Origin: Eledone cirrhosa
Lineage: Eukaryota
Length of the DNA: 64,000 nucleotides
Direction: 5' to 3'
Assembly (NCBI GenBank): GCA_964016885.1
Contig: OZ024742.1
Coordinates: forward strand, 269,142,001-269,206,000
The notes beneath the pieces were generated by a model that was given only the letters and a program-made list of their open reading frames with translations, was not told the DNA's origin and searched no databases. The translations under genes were made by a program, and so were the position numbers. Positions 26,697-39,503 of the stretch are shown one piece after another (within the stretch, counting starts at the first letter, position 1; every line of letters starts with the position of its first letter).

Positions 26697-27548
26697 ATGA
26701 ATATAAAATGAAAGTGCTTTCATAAAGGAATTTATTAGGTATTGACATATGTTTCTGTAACAGACAGAATACCTATGTATCGCTGCTTGCGTAATCATAT
26801 AATGTTAGCAAGTATTCGATAGCAAATGTATAATCAGTTGTCACTTCTTCAGAGATATTGGATAAATTGGAAAAAATCAGAAAAATTGAAGTATTCATAT
26901 TAGTTGTAAGAAAGGAAGAAGGGATGGGGTAGTATATGACAGATGGCAATTCAATTTACTTGTAAACAAGTATATAACAGTTTTTAATGAGAATACAATG
27001 AGTATATGGCTTATTTTATCTAAATAAGAATATTTGGGAGTGCCTATTTTAATCTATGGTTTGACCAATTGAACAATGGACAGGGCTGGTCGTTTGGTGT
27101 AGTAGTATTAATACAGGTATAAAGTGTCAAGTAAGGAAGAGGGAGATTTTCACTGTAACTGTATAACAACAATGCTTGTAGCCTGCTGGTATATGCATTA
27201 GGGAATTGAATTAAGAAATCTCATTTTATCTATAGCAGTTTATATTAAATGGTAAAGAATAGAAGAGTTGATAGAATTAAGACTAATAGAGAATGTTAAT
27301 ATGTATTTTGACAACCAAACAGAGATGGAGACATGCGTTCAATCCTGGTAGCGTTTGTAATATGTAAATGTAGATCCAATATCTCTGAAGGAGTGACAAC
27401 TGATTATACATTTGCTATCGAATACTTGCTAACATTATATGAGTACGCAAGCAACGATACATAGGTATTCTGTCTGTTACAGAAACATATGTCAATACCT
27501 AATAAATTCCTTTATGAAAGCACTTTCATTTTATATTCATCTTTTCTA
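26692..27548. mobile_element. Fold-back PLE pLTR remnant with ~175-bp inverted arms, each carrying an HHR-like motif
   Basis: 26692-26863 inverted at 27374-27546. CTGAAGA-a-gtgaca...tgttac-a-GAAAC-atat-GTC (26740-26857, -), followed by AATAAA. Confidence 0.75.
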
Positions 27549-28089
27549 TATATATATCTGTTAGAACACGAAAAGTGTGAAACACAGAATGTTCACTTTT
27601 CGTGTTCTAACATATATGCCTAGCTTCTTTAAAAATTTTTCGGGGATAGCCGTGGTGGTGATCGTATGTGATTGGCTAATTTTCAACCAATCAGAGTACC
27701 TCTCTCTATATCTCTTCCACTGTTACTTACGCCTGTTTCTCTCTATCTGTTCCGTCTCTATTTATATCTCTTACTCTTTCGCTTTGCACTCCTCCCCTTC
27801 AATACCACCTCTCCCCCTCTCTATATATTTGTTACTCTATCGCTGCACGCTCCTCTCCTTCAATATATCAATTACACACGCTTTACACTCCTTTATCCCC
27901 AGCGCCCCTATATATACACCCCCTCTCCCGCATCTATATTTTAATGTACCGTTGCACCGTGAATACATGTGTCTATATATATATATACATATATATTGTA
28001 TATACACATTCATGTATGTGTATACACACTCATGTATGTATATACACTGGTTTTATGTGTGTATTGTAAATTTGTACTGTTAAAACACG

Positions 28090-28186
28090 AAACTAACATT
28101 CGATTGACACTTTGATTACCTGTACAGGCAATAGTTATTAGAATGCTGTTGAAGTGTGTATATATTTTTGGGGGACATCCTGTATA
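28090..28186 (-). mobile_element. Single Tc1/mariner-like terminus
   Basis: - strand TA-CAGGATGTCCCCCAAAAA resembles CAGGGTGTCCC-type TIRs; no partner end seen. Confidence 0.35.
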
Positions 28187-28744
28187 TACACACATTATAT
28201 ATAATACAATAAACAGATAAATACACACATATATATATGAGCTTATTTAATTATAAATATTGTGAATTTTTAACTCAGTTCAATTATATATATAAATGGC
28301 TTCTACAGGACTAGAACTGTTTCATTCGAAAGAAATCATCATAATATTGAGAGGGGGGACTAGATAAAATATTTCAAATCAAATGTGTATAAGTTATAAG
28401 TTAAAATGTATAAATAGAGACGATAGTGGAGGTATATCTGTTTAGTGGAACAGTAGACGATAGAATTAAATACAGACGATAATCTCCCTTTAATGAAACA
28501 GCAGACGATAGAATTAAGGCAATTTAAATTTTAAGCATTTGCATTTTTGCCTTTCATCGTTACGGGGTCGATAAAATAAAGTACCAGTAATACACTGTCA
28601 CTAGACGACTTTCAAATTGAATTGTTGGTTCCATTTCTTTAGTATTTTCAATTGTAGTTATCTACTTAAAAAGCGTTACACGGTTAGAGACATAATTCGT
28701 AAGTTATATCTTCCCTATTAAACCATTGCATTATTTCGCCTACA

Positions 28745-28935
28745 GGGCGGTGAATTGGCAGTATCGGTAGAGGGTTGGACGCCATGCTTTCTAGCATAGT
28801 TACGTCCCTTTACAGTCTGAGTTCAAATCCCGCCGAGGTTAACTTTGCCTTTCATCCTTACGGGGTCGATAAAATAAAGTACCAGTAATGTACTGGGTAA
28901 TTTGCTGGCCTTGTGCCTAAAGTAGAAACAATTAT
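28745..28935 (+). mobile_element. Full-length tRNA-derived SINE with Nin/Deu central domain and 15-bp TSD
   Basis: A box TGGCAGTATCGG, B box GAGTTCAAATCC, GCCTTTCATCCTTACGGGGTCGATAAAATAAAGTACCAG; TSD ATTATTTCGCCTACA at 28730-28744 and 28931-28945. A fragment also lies at ~28547-28595. Confidence 0.9.
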
Positions 28936-29154
28936 TTCGCCTACAATAGAACAAAAATGAAATGTTCTTTAAAGAAACAGGAATATAACTTTATAAAAAA
29001 AAAAGTTGCATCCGCTTCTTTTATCATTGATAATTTTTTCGTTTTAATATTAATTGTTTTTTGCAGTTGTTTATATTAAAAATCTTACTGTAATATTTAC
29101 TTAAACGAAGGCAAACATCTAAACTTATAGATTAATCTTGAGCGAAGGACTAGA

Positions 29155-29283
<129 letters not shown>

Positions 29284-29659
29284 GAAGAATGATAAAATTT
29301 CAAGCAAAGAGTTTAATTAGGTATATTTTGTAATATTATTAACTAATTATTATAATTAACGCGCATATTTTGCTATCCTCAAACACGTTTACACATGGCA
29401 TGAAATATAACTAATCCGAGATGGCTAGGTTTCATCTTCTAACTGGATAAACGAAATCCATTATGTCTTGACAACAACATGAGGTAACATTATGTTATTC
29501 ACAGACACACTTTGTACACTGTTCCATATCAGAATGTATTTCCTTCGTCACATTCACAAACAGTATTGAAAATATGTTCTTCGGCAAATAAAAATGTTTT
29601 GTTCATAATATTTCAACTAGCGATTGCTCTACTCCACGCACGACCACCATAAATTAATG

Positions 29660-29846
29660 ACCAGCTCAACACAAGTATTGGTAGAGCGTCAGACACCATG
29701 CTTTGCAGTATTGTTATGGTCCTTTGCATTCTAAGTTCAAATCCTGCCGAGGTTAACTTCGACTTTCATACTTACTAATTCGATAAAATAAAGTACCAGT
29801 AATGGACTGCCGTAATGGATTTGTGCCGAAAAATAGAAACACTATT
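29660..29846 (+). mobile_element. Older copy of the same SINE
   Basis: GTTCAAATCCTGCCGAGGTTAAC..CGATAAAATAAAGTACCAG..TTGTGCCGAAAAATAGAAAC. Confidence 0.8.
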
Positions 29847-30402
29847 AATGTGCAATAAGAGCAAAATATAACGACATTGCTCAATTATTTTATCTAATGT
29901 TGTAATAACACAAGGAAATGTTGTTTGTGTATTTTTTTTTATATTTGCTCATAGGCTTTTACAATTTCGCTCAGCCAACAACTATTAAAAAGTGAGTTGC
30001 TTAAGATAACAATTTAATCACAAATTGTTGCTATCTTTTAATACACTCCAACAAGTCATCAAATTATGTACAATAAAAACAAATCTTATTAATTTGCTCA
30101 GGGAATATAAAGAAAATGTATATACACTGATAATTGAAATTGTATGTAAATATTTTGTTTTTGTATTGTATATTTTATGTTTTCTATTATGTATAATATA
30201 TTGATTTAATATTGATTGTTTTTTGTAGTTGTTTATATTAAAAGTCTGAAAATATTTTTATACATCTTACACTAATATTTATAAGATAATTTATAATAAC
30301 AATTACATAATCTAATTACATTACAACGATAATTTATTATTAATATATATCCTGTTTAACTAGAGTTATTACAAGCGTTGCCTTAAAAAAATATTAAACT
30401 AG

Positions 30403-31348
30403 ACATGAAAAATGCGCAAGCTCAAAAGTGCCACAGAATGTTATAATAAACCTTCAAAAGTGTGGGACTAGAGTTGTTGCTAAAAAATATTGTAATCATT
30501 ATATATCGTACATTCTGTGGCATCCTTTATAAAAATAGCTTAAACCAACGAAGCCTTTATTTTTACGCTATTTCACTTAGTTAATTCTTAGAGTGTAACA
30601 TATAAAAATAAATACATCTATGTTTAATGTAATAACAGCTATAAATAATTACGTAATATTATTATCATATACTCATAGTAACAAAATAATTGTGTTGAAA
30701 CTTAATATGATGCTTATATGAACGATCAAATCTATAATGATAATTTCTTAAATATACTAATAGTAAAATAATTTAGTTATCTATTGTTACATTTTCATAG
30801 AACTATAATATTAACAATCGTATTGCATTATCAAATTTTTATCACTACAAACTTTCATATTGGAATTACCTTAAGCCACTTATTATTACTTCGCTTTCGT
30901 ACTTTTACAGCTGTAGATATTGCGCTGTATCTTATATCTAATATCAATATCTCGTGGTAATTTGCATGAAGTGTAAAATAGGTTTATTAATAACTTTAAT
31001 ATGAAATGTATTATACAGGGCTGCGGAGTCGGTCAAAAATTGACTGGCTCCAACTCAGGATCCGATACTCCATTATTTCCTAAATTTCAGCTCCGCAGCT
31101 CTGTTATTATATTAATTAATTTATTTTATAGTTGTAAATCATATTTTTATATGTTACACTCTAAGAATTAACTAAGTGAAATAGCGTAAAAATAAAGGCT
31201 TCGTTGGTTTAAGCTATTTTTATAAAGGATGCCACAGAATGTACGATATATAATGATTACAATATTTTTTAGCAACAACTCTAGTCCCACACTTTTGAAG
31301 GTTTATTATAACATTCTGTGGCACTTTTGAGCTTGCGCATTTTTCATG

Positions 31349-31349
<1 letters not shown>
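30403..31349. repeat. 208-bp inverted duplication (30403-30610 / 31142-31349)
   Basis: No mismatch found by eye; the right arm abuts (TA)n. Confidence 0.9.
31016..31103. mobile_element. 88-bp hAT-like MITE
   Basis: TIR CAGGGCTGCGGAG / CTCCGCAGCTCTG; flanks GTATTATA / TTATTATA (7 of 8 bp TSD). Confidence 0.55.
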
Positions 31350-31391
<42 letters not shown>

Positions 31392-32037
31392 AATAAGGGC
31401 GCTGCGGAGTTGCAAATGGGTTACATATGAAAAAAGTTTGTCCTTCATCAGTGATCTTCCAACTATCATAGGCATTTCATCGCTTTAAAGACCATATACC
31501 TCCGGTTGGTGCGAGCAACGGCTAAAAAAAGTCGTTGGGACACGTAAATAAAGGGGACGCGAGGGTAAACAAACAAAATGGTGAGGCAACAGAAAGTGAG
31601 GAAGAAGGAGACAAGTCCCAGATTTCTATGAATTTAAGTTCGGTGAAATCGTGAACGAGAGAATAAAGACCATCAAACCTGGTTGAAATGTGAGCAAGGA
31701 AGGAATTTCGCACAGGTCTAACGGGAGGAAGAAGGGGTCTGGTCTGCGAATTCGGTAAACGTAAGTTCTGTGAAATCGTAGACGAGAGGGAAAAAAAATT
31801 CCGACCAGCTTAGCCGAGAATGTGAGAGAAAAGAGTTACTCACAGGTCAAACGGGAAGAAAGAGGAGGAGGAGGAGAGGTAGTGACAGAGAATGAGTGAG
31901 TGAAGGGTGAGGTGAGGAAGAGGCTAACAGAGAGAGAGAGAGACTGCTAGAAAGGGTAAAGATACATAGAACGAAAAAGACGGTGTAGCAGCAGAGAAAA
32001 AATATGTGTAAATATGATAATATATATATATATATAT

Positions 32038-32232
32038 AGTTTTAATATAGATGAGATTCTACAGGACTAGAACTGTTTCATTCATTAGAAATCATCAGGA
32101 ATCCTGATGATTGCTAATGAATGAAACAGTTCTAGTCCTGTAGAATCTCATCTATATTAAAACTGTTATACTCTGCTATGTATTGAGTACCTTACTTACT
32201 GTGGTTACCTCCGATTCAACCCGGAATAACGT
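32038..32232 (+). mobile_element. Short fold-back PLE 3' end whose hairpin apex is at the start of the HHR core
   Basis: Arms 32038-32099 / 32102-32164 (1 mismatch); CTGATGA..GAAAC-ag..ct-GTA-gaat in each arm; ~70-bp tail; related fragment at ~28300-28345. Confidence 0.8.
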
Positions 32233-32376
32233 ATATATATATATATATATTTCATTTTATATTCATCTTTTCTACATTTTCTCCGGAATATAATTTATAC
32301 TCGTTGAGCAAACCTACACGTACGCTGTTTATCTCTAACGTGACGATATATTATCACCACATTATTGATAACTTGA

Positions 32377-32480
<104 letters not shown>

Positions 32481-32692
32481 TATAAGGATATATATATATA
32501 CTTTAAGGGTAAGGAACAAGGATCCATTATTGCGCATAACATATTTAATAACATATTACATATGTTTCCCTATCGATCATATCGAAGCAAGACACATTAT
32601 AGATCGAACCTGACTCTGTAATTGAAAGGTCGTCAGATATACTTAGTATATGTATTCGACTCCGGACGCATTTTTGTCACAACCATACAACT

Positions 32693-34139
<1,447 letters not shown>

Positions 34140-35269
34140 ACGAAAAAAAAACAACTAACAAAACAATTCACTAATACGAAGTGTATTGGTTTCACGCTTG
34201 AAGGGAAAATAATAAGTTATATAGTTAATGTGTCGGGCCCTTCCTTATGTAAAACACAAGGGGAAAAGTGCAAAGAAAAAAAAGAAATTTAGAGTTGTTA
34301 AAAAAAATTAAGATAAAGAAGGAGAGGGAGAAGAAGGGCATCTGTGACGATTAGTCCAGCGTGCGTGTGTGGATGGCGGGGTTAGGGTAATAGTCGTGAA
34401 GTTGGTGGTTGTGTGGTCATTGTGGGTATATTAAAATGCGTTTGCGCGTATGTGGGTGTTAAGTGTGTTACTAGTGGAGGTATGTTTAAATATGTGTACA
34501 TAAGCGCCCGTGCGCGTTTGCACAAACACGCATACAAACACACTTACGCCCACGTGCACGCACCTTTGTCTCCGTGCACGCACTCCTGGTGGTGTGTGTG
34601 CGAATATATGTTAATATGTGTGTTTGGCAGAGATATGTGGTTTCATCTATTGGTACATGTCTGTATGCGTGTGTATGTTAATGTGGGTGTGTTCGCTATG
34701 CCCGCGTCTGCGTATGTGCTTGTGCGTGTGTACGGAAGTAGTGAGGTGGGTTTTCGTGTCTATTATGTTCCGAAATGTGTTGATTCCATTGAGGTTGGAA
34801 TCCAGATTGGTAAGGCCAAAGTCGAGGATGGCTATGGTAAAATGGAAGAGAAAAGAAATTGGAGAGAAAGGAATTATAGGTTATTGCAACTAATGTGTGG
34901 GTGCCTGTGTGTGCTTGTGGGAGATGGTCATGTTAGCGTTCTAAGGAAGAATTTGGGAGGGGGTCTCATATTCAGCGATCAAATAATATGTAGAGTATGG
35001 AGTTTAAAGGGGTGAGAGGTAGGTGAAGGAGAGTCGGCGTGAGAAAGCCAGCGACATCAGAGAGCGGGCGGTGGTGGCATTGCTGGTAATGGTGTTCGTG
35101 GTGTGTATATATGCTGTGTGGTCGTTAGAGTAAAGATCATGGGTGTGCGCGAAGATGTCAAACACACACATATAGATATAAATACATACATTACATAAGA
35201 CTAAACATAATATAACTGTGCAAATTTACCTCCTCTGTTTTGTTTATTTCATTTATTAACTATATATTT

Positions 35270-35755
35270 CCCTCATCTCATCTGTCCCATAGTCTGGGCG
35301 ACCGTGAGAGCCACTGATCAACTGGCAACAAACTCCTTTCATTCCTCTACCCTCTCCGCCCTCCTCATGGTTGCACCCAGTCTCAAGCCTGTCCATTCCA
35401 GGACGTTGTCCCCCCATCTCTTTCTCTGTCTGCCTCTCTTTCTTCCTTCTTGTACTTTTCCCCCCAGAACAGTCTTGGCAAGACCTCAAGATATTGTCAC
35501 GTGTCCGTACCATATCAATTTGACATTTTTACATTGGTCACCAGGACTTCGCAGGGCCCGATGGCTTGCCAAATTCTCTTTCGCACCTTCTCTTTGGAGA
35601 TGTGGTCTCTGTATGTTAAGCCATCTGTATCTGAAGGGCCGCATCTCAATATGGACACGAGCAGAGAGCGCATCAGTCTGAAATTTGAGCTTCGGGCTAT
35701 GTTTTCGTCACTCAATGTGGTCTTAAGTTTTGAAAGTGCTGCTGCGGATCTGGGC
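35270..35755 (-). mobile_element. RTE-clade LINE 3' fragment inserted in a GT-rich degraded repeat
   Basis: AALSKLK..RLMRSLLVSI..YRDHISKEKVRKRI..YGHV..GLAKTVL.GKV.EGRKRGRQRKRW.DNV.EWTG. Confidence 0.75.
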
Positions 35756-36273
35756 ATATACGCGCGCAGGTAGGAGACGGTGGGGTGATTTAATAATGTT
35801 AATGATGGTACTTATAGAATGTAGGGTTTTCCGGTCATATTAATGGAGGGTTAGTGAGTATTAGTAGTGAAATCGCAGTCAAATGTGTGGGCACGTGGTG
35901 GTCATTGTGCATCTGTGTGTGTGTGTCTGCGCATGTGGACATATGTGCACATTCATGCGCCGCCACGTGTTATTGTATTCATGTGCAGATGCATGTGGGT
36001 GGGCGTGTTGCTGGAAGTATTCGTGTGTTGTAAGGGGTGGGACCAGCCCGGATGCAGAAGCACGCGCTTTGTGTGTTAACTGGCTCTGCTTCTACGTGGT
36101 ATATTGCGAAGGATGGTATTTGTTAGTGTGTGTGCGTGTGGGCATATATACATTTATGTATATATACGCACAGGAGTTTGAGGGGTAGGGGAGTTAGCTG
36201 TGTCACTTGGAGTTAACTTAAATATATTAAAAAGTTGCAAGTAGTTGGGTCGCAGTTGCGATGGAGGACACAC

Positions 36274-36359
<86 letters not shown>

Positions 36360-38609
36360 CACACATACCCTCCCCCCCCCACACACACACATAAAACACA
36401 TAGTCTCACACACACACACACATACACACACACCCACATACACATGCATAATTGCAAACGAATCGAATGTTATTAATATTTTAAAAACTCAGATTACATT
36501 TATTGAATTCAGCCATGTAGAGCGAAATCTTTTTTTTTGTTTTTTGAATGTGGGAAAGCCGACCATTTCTTACTCGTATACAGGAAACTGACTGGCCAAT
36601 GTGCTGACATGCAAATCTGGCTGATCAGTGGTTCTGCTACTATGCAGATCTGACTGATCAGCCAATCTGCTAATATGCAAATCAGGCCTATCAGTCACTA
36701 CATATTTTAGAAAATAGCATATATTTTCACTAGCTTTGACAGGTGGCAGGGGAACAGTGAGTTGTACTGATGAAGTGTTCATTCTACTGACAGGGCTTTA
36801 AAAATGAGGCTTGTTTGCATAATTGCAAACGAATCGAATGTTATAATTAATATTCGAAAAACTCATATTACATTTAATATATTCAGCCATGTAGAGCGAA
36901 ATTCGTTTTTAAAAATTATATATATATATATATATATAGTCGGCAAAACTATACTCGGGACTTTGGAGAAAAAGAAATATATGTGTCTATTCTTTCCTCA
37001 CATTAATACACACACAAACATATATATATGTATGTTTGTGTGTGTGTGTGTTTGTGTGTGTGTGTGAGTGTGCGTATTTATGTTTATACATATATACACA
37101 CAAACAAACACATATATTATATATATGTGATATATTCTTATATGTGTGTGTTCCTGTTTAGAAGACTGCCTGAGCTCACGAATGCGTACATACCAATTGT
37201 CCAGTGACATTCGTTTTATTAAATTCATATATAGATCGAAATTTAATTTATATTGCCTAATATTCTAACTTTTCTATGCTACACGTACTGTCGCCTCAAG
37301 CTAATCGTCATTCAACAGTGTTTGTGTTTGACTTTTTATATTATATATTCTAATTCAAAATATTTATAGAGACTTACGTGGACTAACTTCATTTTCTTAT
37401 TCCGTTCACGTGAATGTAAATAAAATTTATTGGAAGAATTATCACATTTACCTATCGAATTATTTTAACATATATTTTATTGGAAGAATATGAATAGTTT
37501 GGATCATTGAGTTATGATGCACGTGGAATTTTGTTTACAATTAGTTTTATTAGCTTCAACAGTAGAAATGTTAATGGGAACCGATGTAATATATTTTGCC
37601 TCATCAGGATAATAATAAATATCTAGCTCGTAGGTTACATATACGTACACCCACTAGATTCCAAATAGGCGAAAAGCTTTTGCTCAGTCAAAGTTATGCA
37701 GAATCCTCCTTTGCGGTATAGGTTCTAGATGAGCATACAAATCAATTCAATAATTAAATACGTTGTGTAACATCAGAAATTAATATTTTGAGACTTATCT
37801 AAAATAGCAAAAATTTATCTCTGCATCATTGACACATTTCCACTAACATACATCCTATATATTCTGTATTATTGGTCAAAGAATTAAAGGGCCCAGAACA
37901 TATCTAACAAAACAATAGAAATCATTCAGAACCTGTACATCAGAAGAAGACACCGTAATTGTGTGTGTTGTTTGTCAGGCAATGGTGATGTATTGAAATG
38001 TCACTCCACGCATGTAATTGGTCAATCACTTACGTGTGATGCTGAATCTCCATTTCCAACTATACGATATCACTGCCTTCTGGTGAATCGAATGTTGTTA
38101 ACCTTGGAATGCTGCCTACTCTCAGAACTCGTTTGTGCTCCAAACGTTGCAGATTTTGGTAGTGATCCTAGCGGTGTTGAACATGTGCTCTTTCAGAACG
38201 TGACATTTATTGTTCATATTTACTCACTGCTGCTAACACACATAGCGATAAGCTATTTGGGGTTTATGAAGCGACTGATGTTCCAAATAATTTGGTGTTA
38301 TGATTTTCAAGTTTGTTTATGAATGATTGAATTAGACTTGTTGATGAATATTCAACTTAATTAATTCTGACACAACCATCAATACTGCTATCAGTTTCAC
38401 ATTAGAACCTACTTCGTTCTACCCTCAAACTTGGCAGTAAGAAAGAAATACGTTAGATAAACACTCTGTGGCCACTCGATGAACATGTATATAAAGGATA
38501 TATCATATTGTATAATGTAGTAAAACAACCTTTAATTTATGTTTATAGCTCGATTGTATTTTCGACTACTTCTATTCTGCTTAATGCAACAATATTGACA
38601 AAACTAGGA

Positions 38610-39392
38610 TACGATATGGGTGATCTTTGACGTGTACTTGATAAGTTTGTTGCCGAGTACTGCATGGCTGGAATGAAAGTCAGTGCTACGAAAACCGAGA
38701 CACGCGTCCTCTCAGGGAAGCCTGCGCACTGAATGCTACATAGAAATGGAGTTCTCCTGAAGCAGGTAGAGAAGTTAAATTATCTCGGGACCTTCTTCGC
38801 GAGCCATGGAAGGCATGGAGCTGAATTAATTGCAAACATTGCAGAAGCTGGTGCAGTAATGCGCCAGCTTCATCATCGCTAATCAGAAGAAGGGAAGTTG
38901 GTGTCCAAACCAAACTCGCTATCTTCTATTCAGTATTTGTGTCAGCTCTGACATATGGTCATGAATCTTGGGTAACGACCGTAATAATACGATGACGAAT
39001 ACAAGCGGCCCAAATGCGGTTCCACCGAAAGGTGTATGGAATGACGTTCCTCGATAGAGTGCGTAGCTCCGAGATCAGAGAGTCACTCCTTTGCACCTCG
39101 GAATGGAAGTATCACAGGTCAAATGCTATGGGAATGTGGATAGAATGTCTCATGAAAGCGTCTACGGGCAAAACAGTCCGGCAGGAGACCCGAGCAAGTT
39201 CCTTGGTGAACATTCATTATATTAGCTGTCCTCACTTGGGGATCCACCGGGATCATTTGGAGTCGGTTGCTTGTGATAGGATCAGCTGGAAGGTGTGTTT
39301 GAGGACTCTATCCCCACAATCTTCTAAAGAAGAAGAAAAAGAAAAAAAGAAGAAGAAAAAGAAGAAAATGAAGAAAAGGAAGACGAAGAAGA
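38610..39392 (+). mobile_element. Old RTE-clade (Expander/Rex3-like) LINE 3' fragment with (GAA)n tail
   Basis: GMKVSATKTE..LKQVEK..YLG..LTYGHESW..RIQAAQMRFHRKVYGMTFLDRVRSSEIRESL. Confidence 0.75.
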
Positions 39393-39394
39393 AA

Positions 39395-39450
<56 letters not shown>

Positions 39451-39451
39451 C

Positions 39452-39483
<32 letters not shown>

Positions 39484-39503
39484 CAATAATAATAATAATA
39501 ATA
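39395..39503. repeat. (AAT)n tract, first target of the retrotransposon train
   Basis: Direct reading. Further tracts at 43351-43394, 47927-47962, 53971-54000, 54106-54126, 55819-55826 and 61798-61845. Confidence 0.95.

Noticed and set aside
28745-28840. tRNA gene
   Set aside because: The A and B boxes belong to a SINE head with a TSD; no cloverleaf.
31390-31460. Hammerhead candidate (- strand CTGATGAAGGA...TCC)
   Set aside because: No GAAA or NUH at the expected position.
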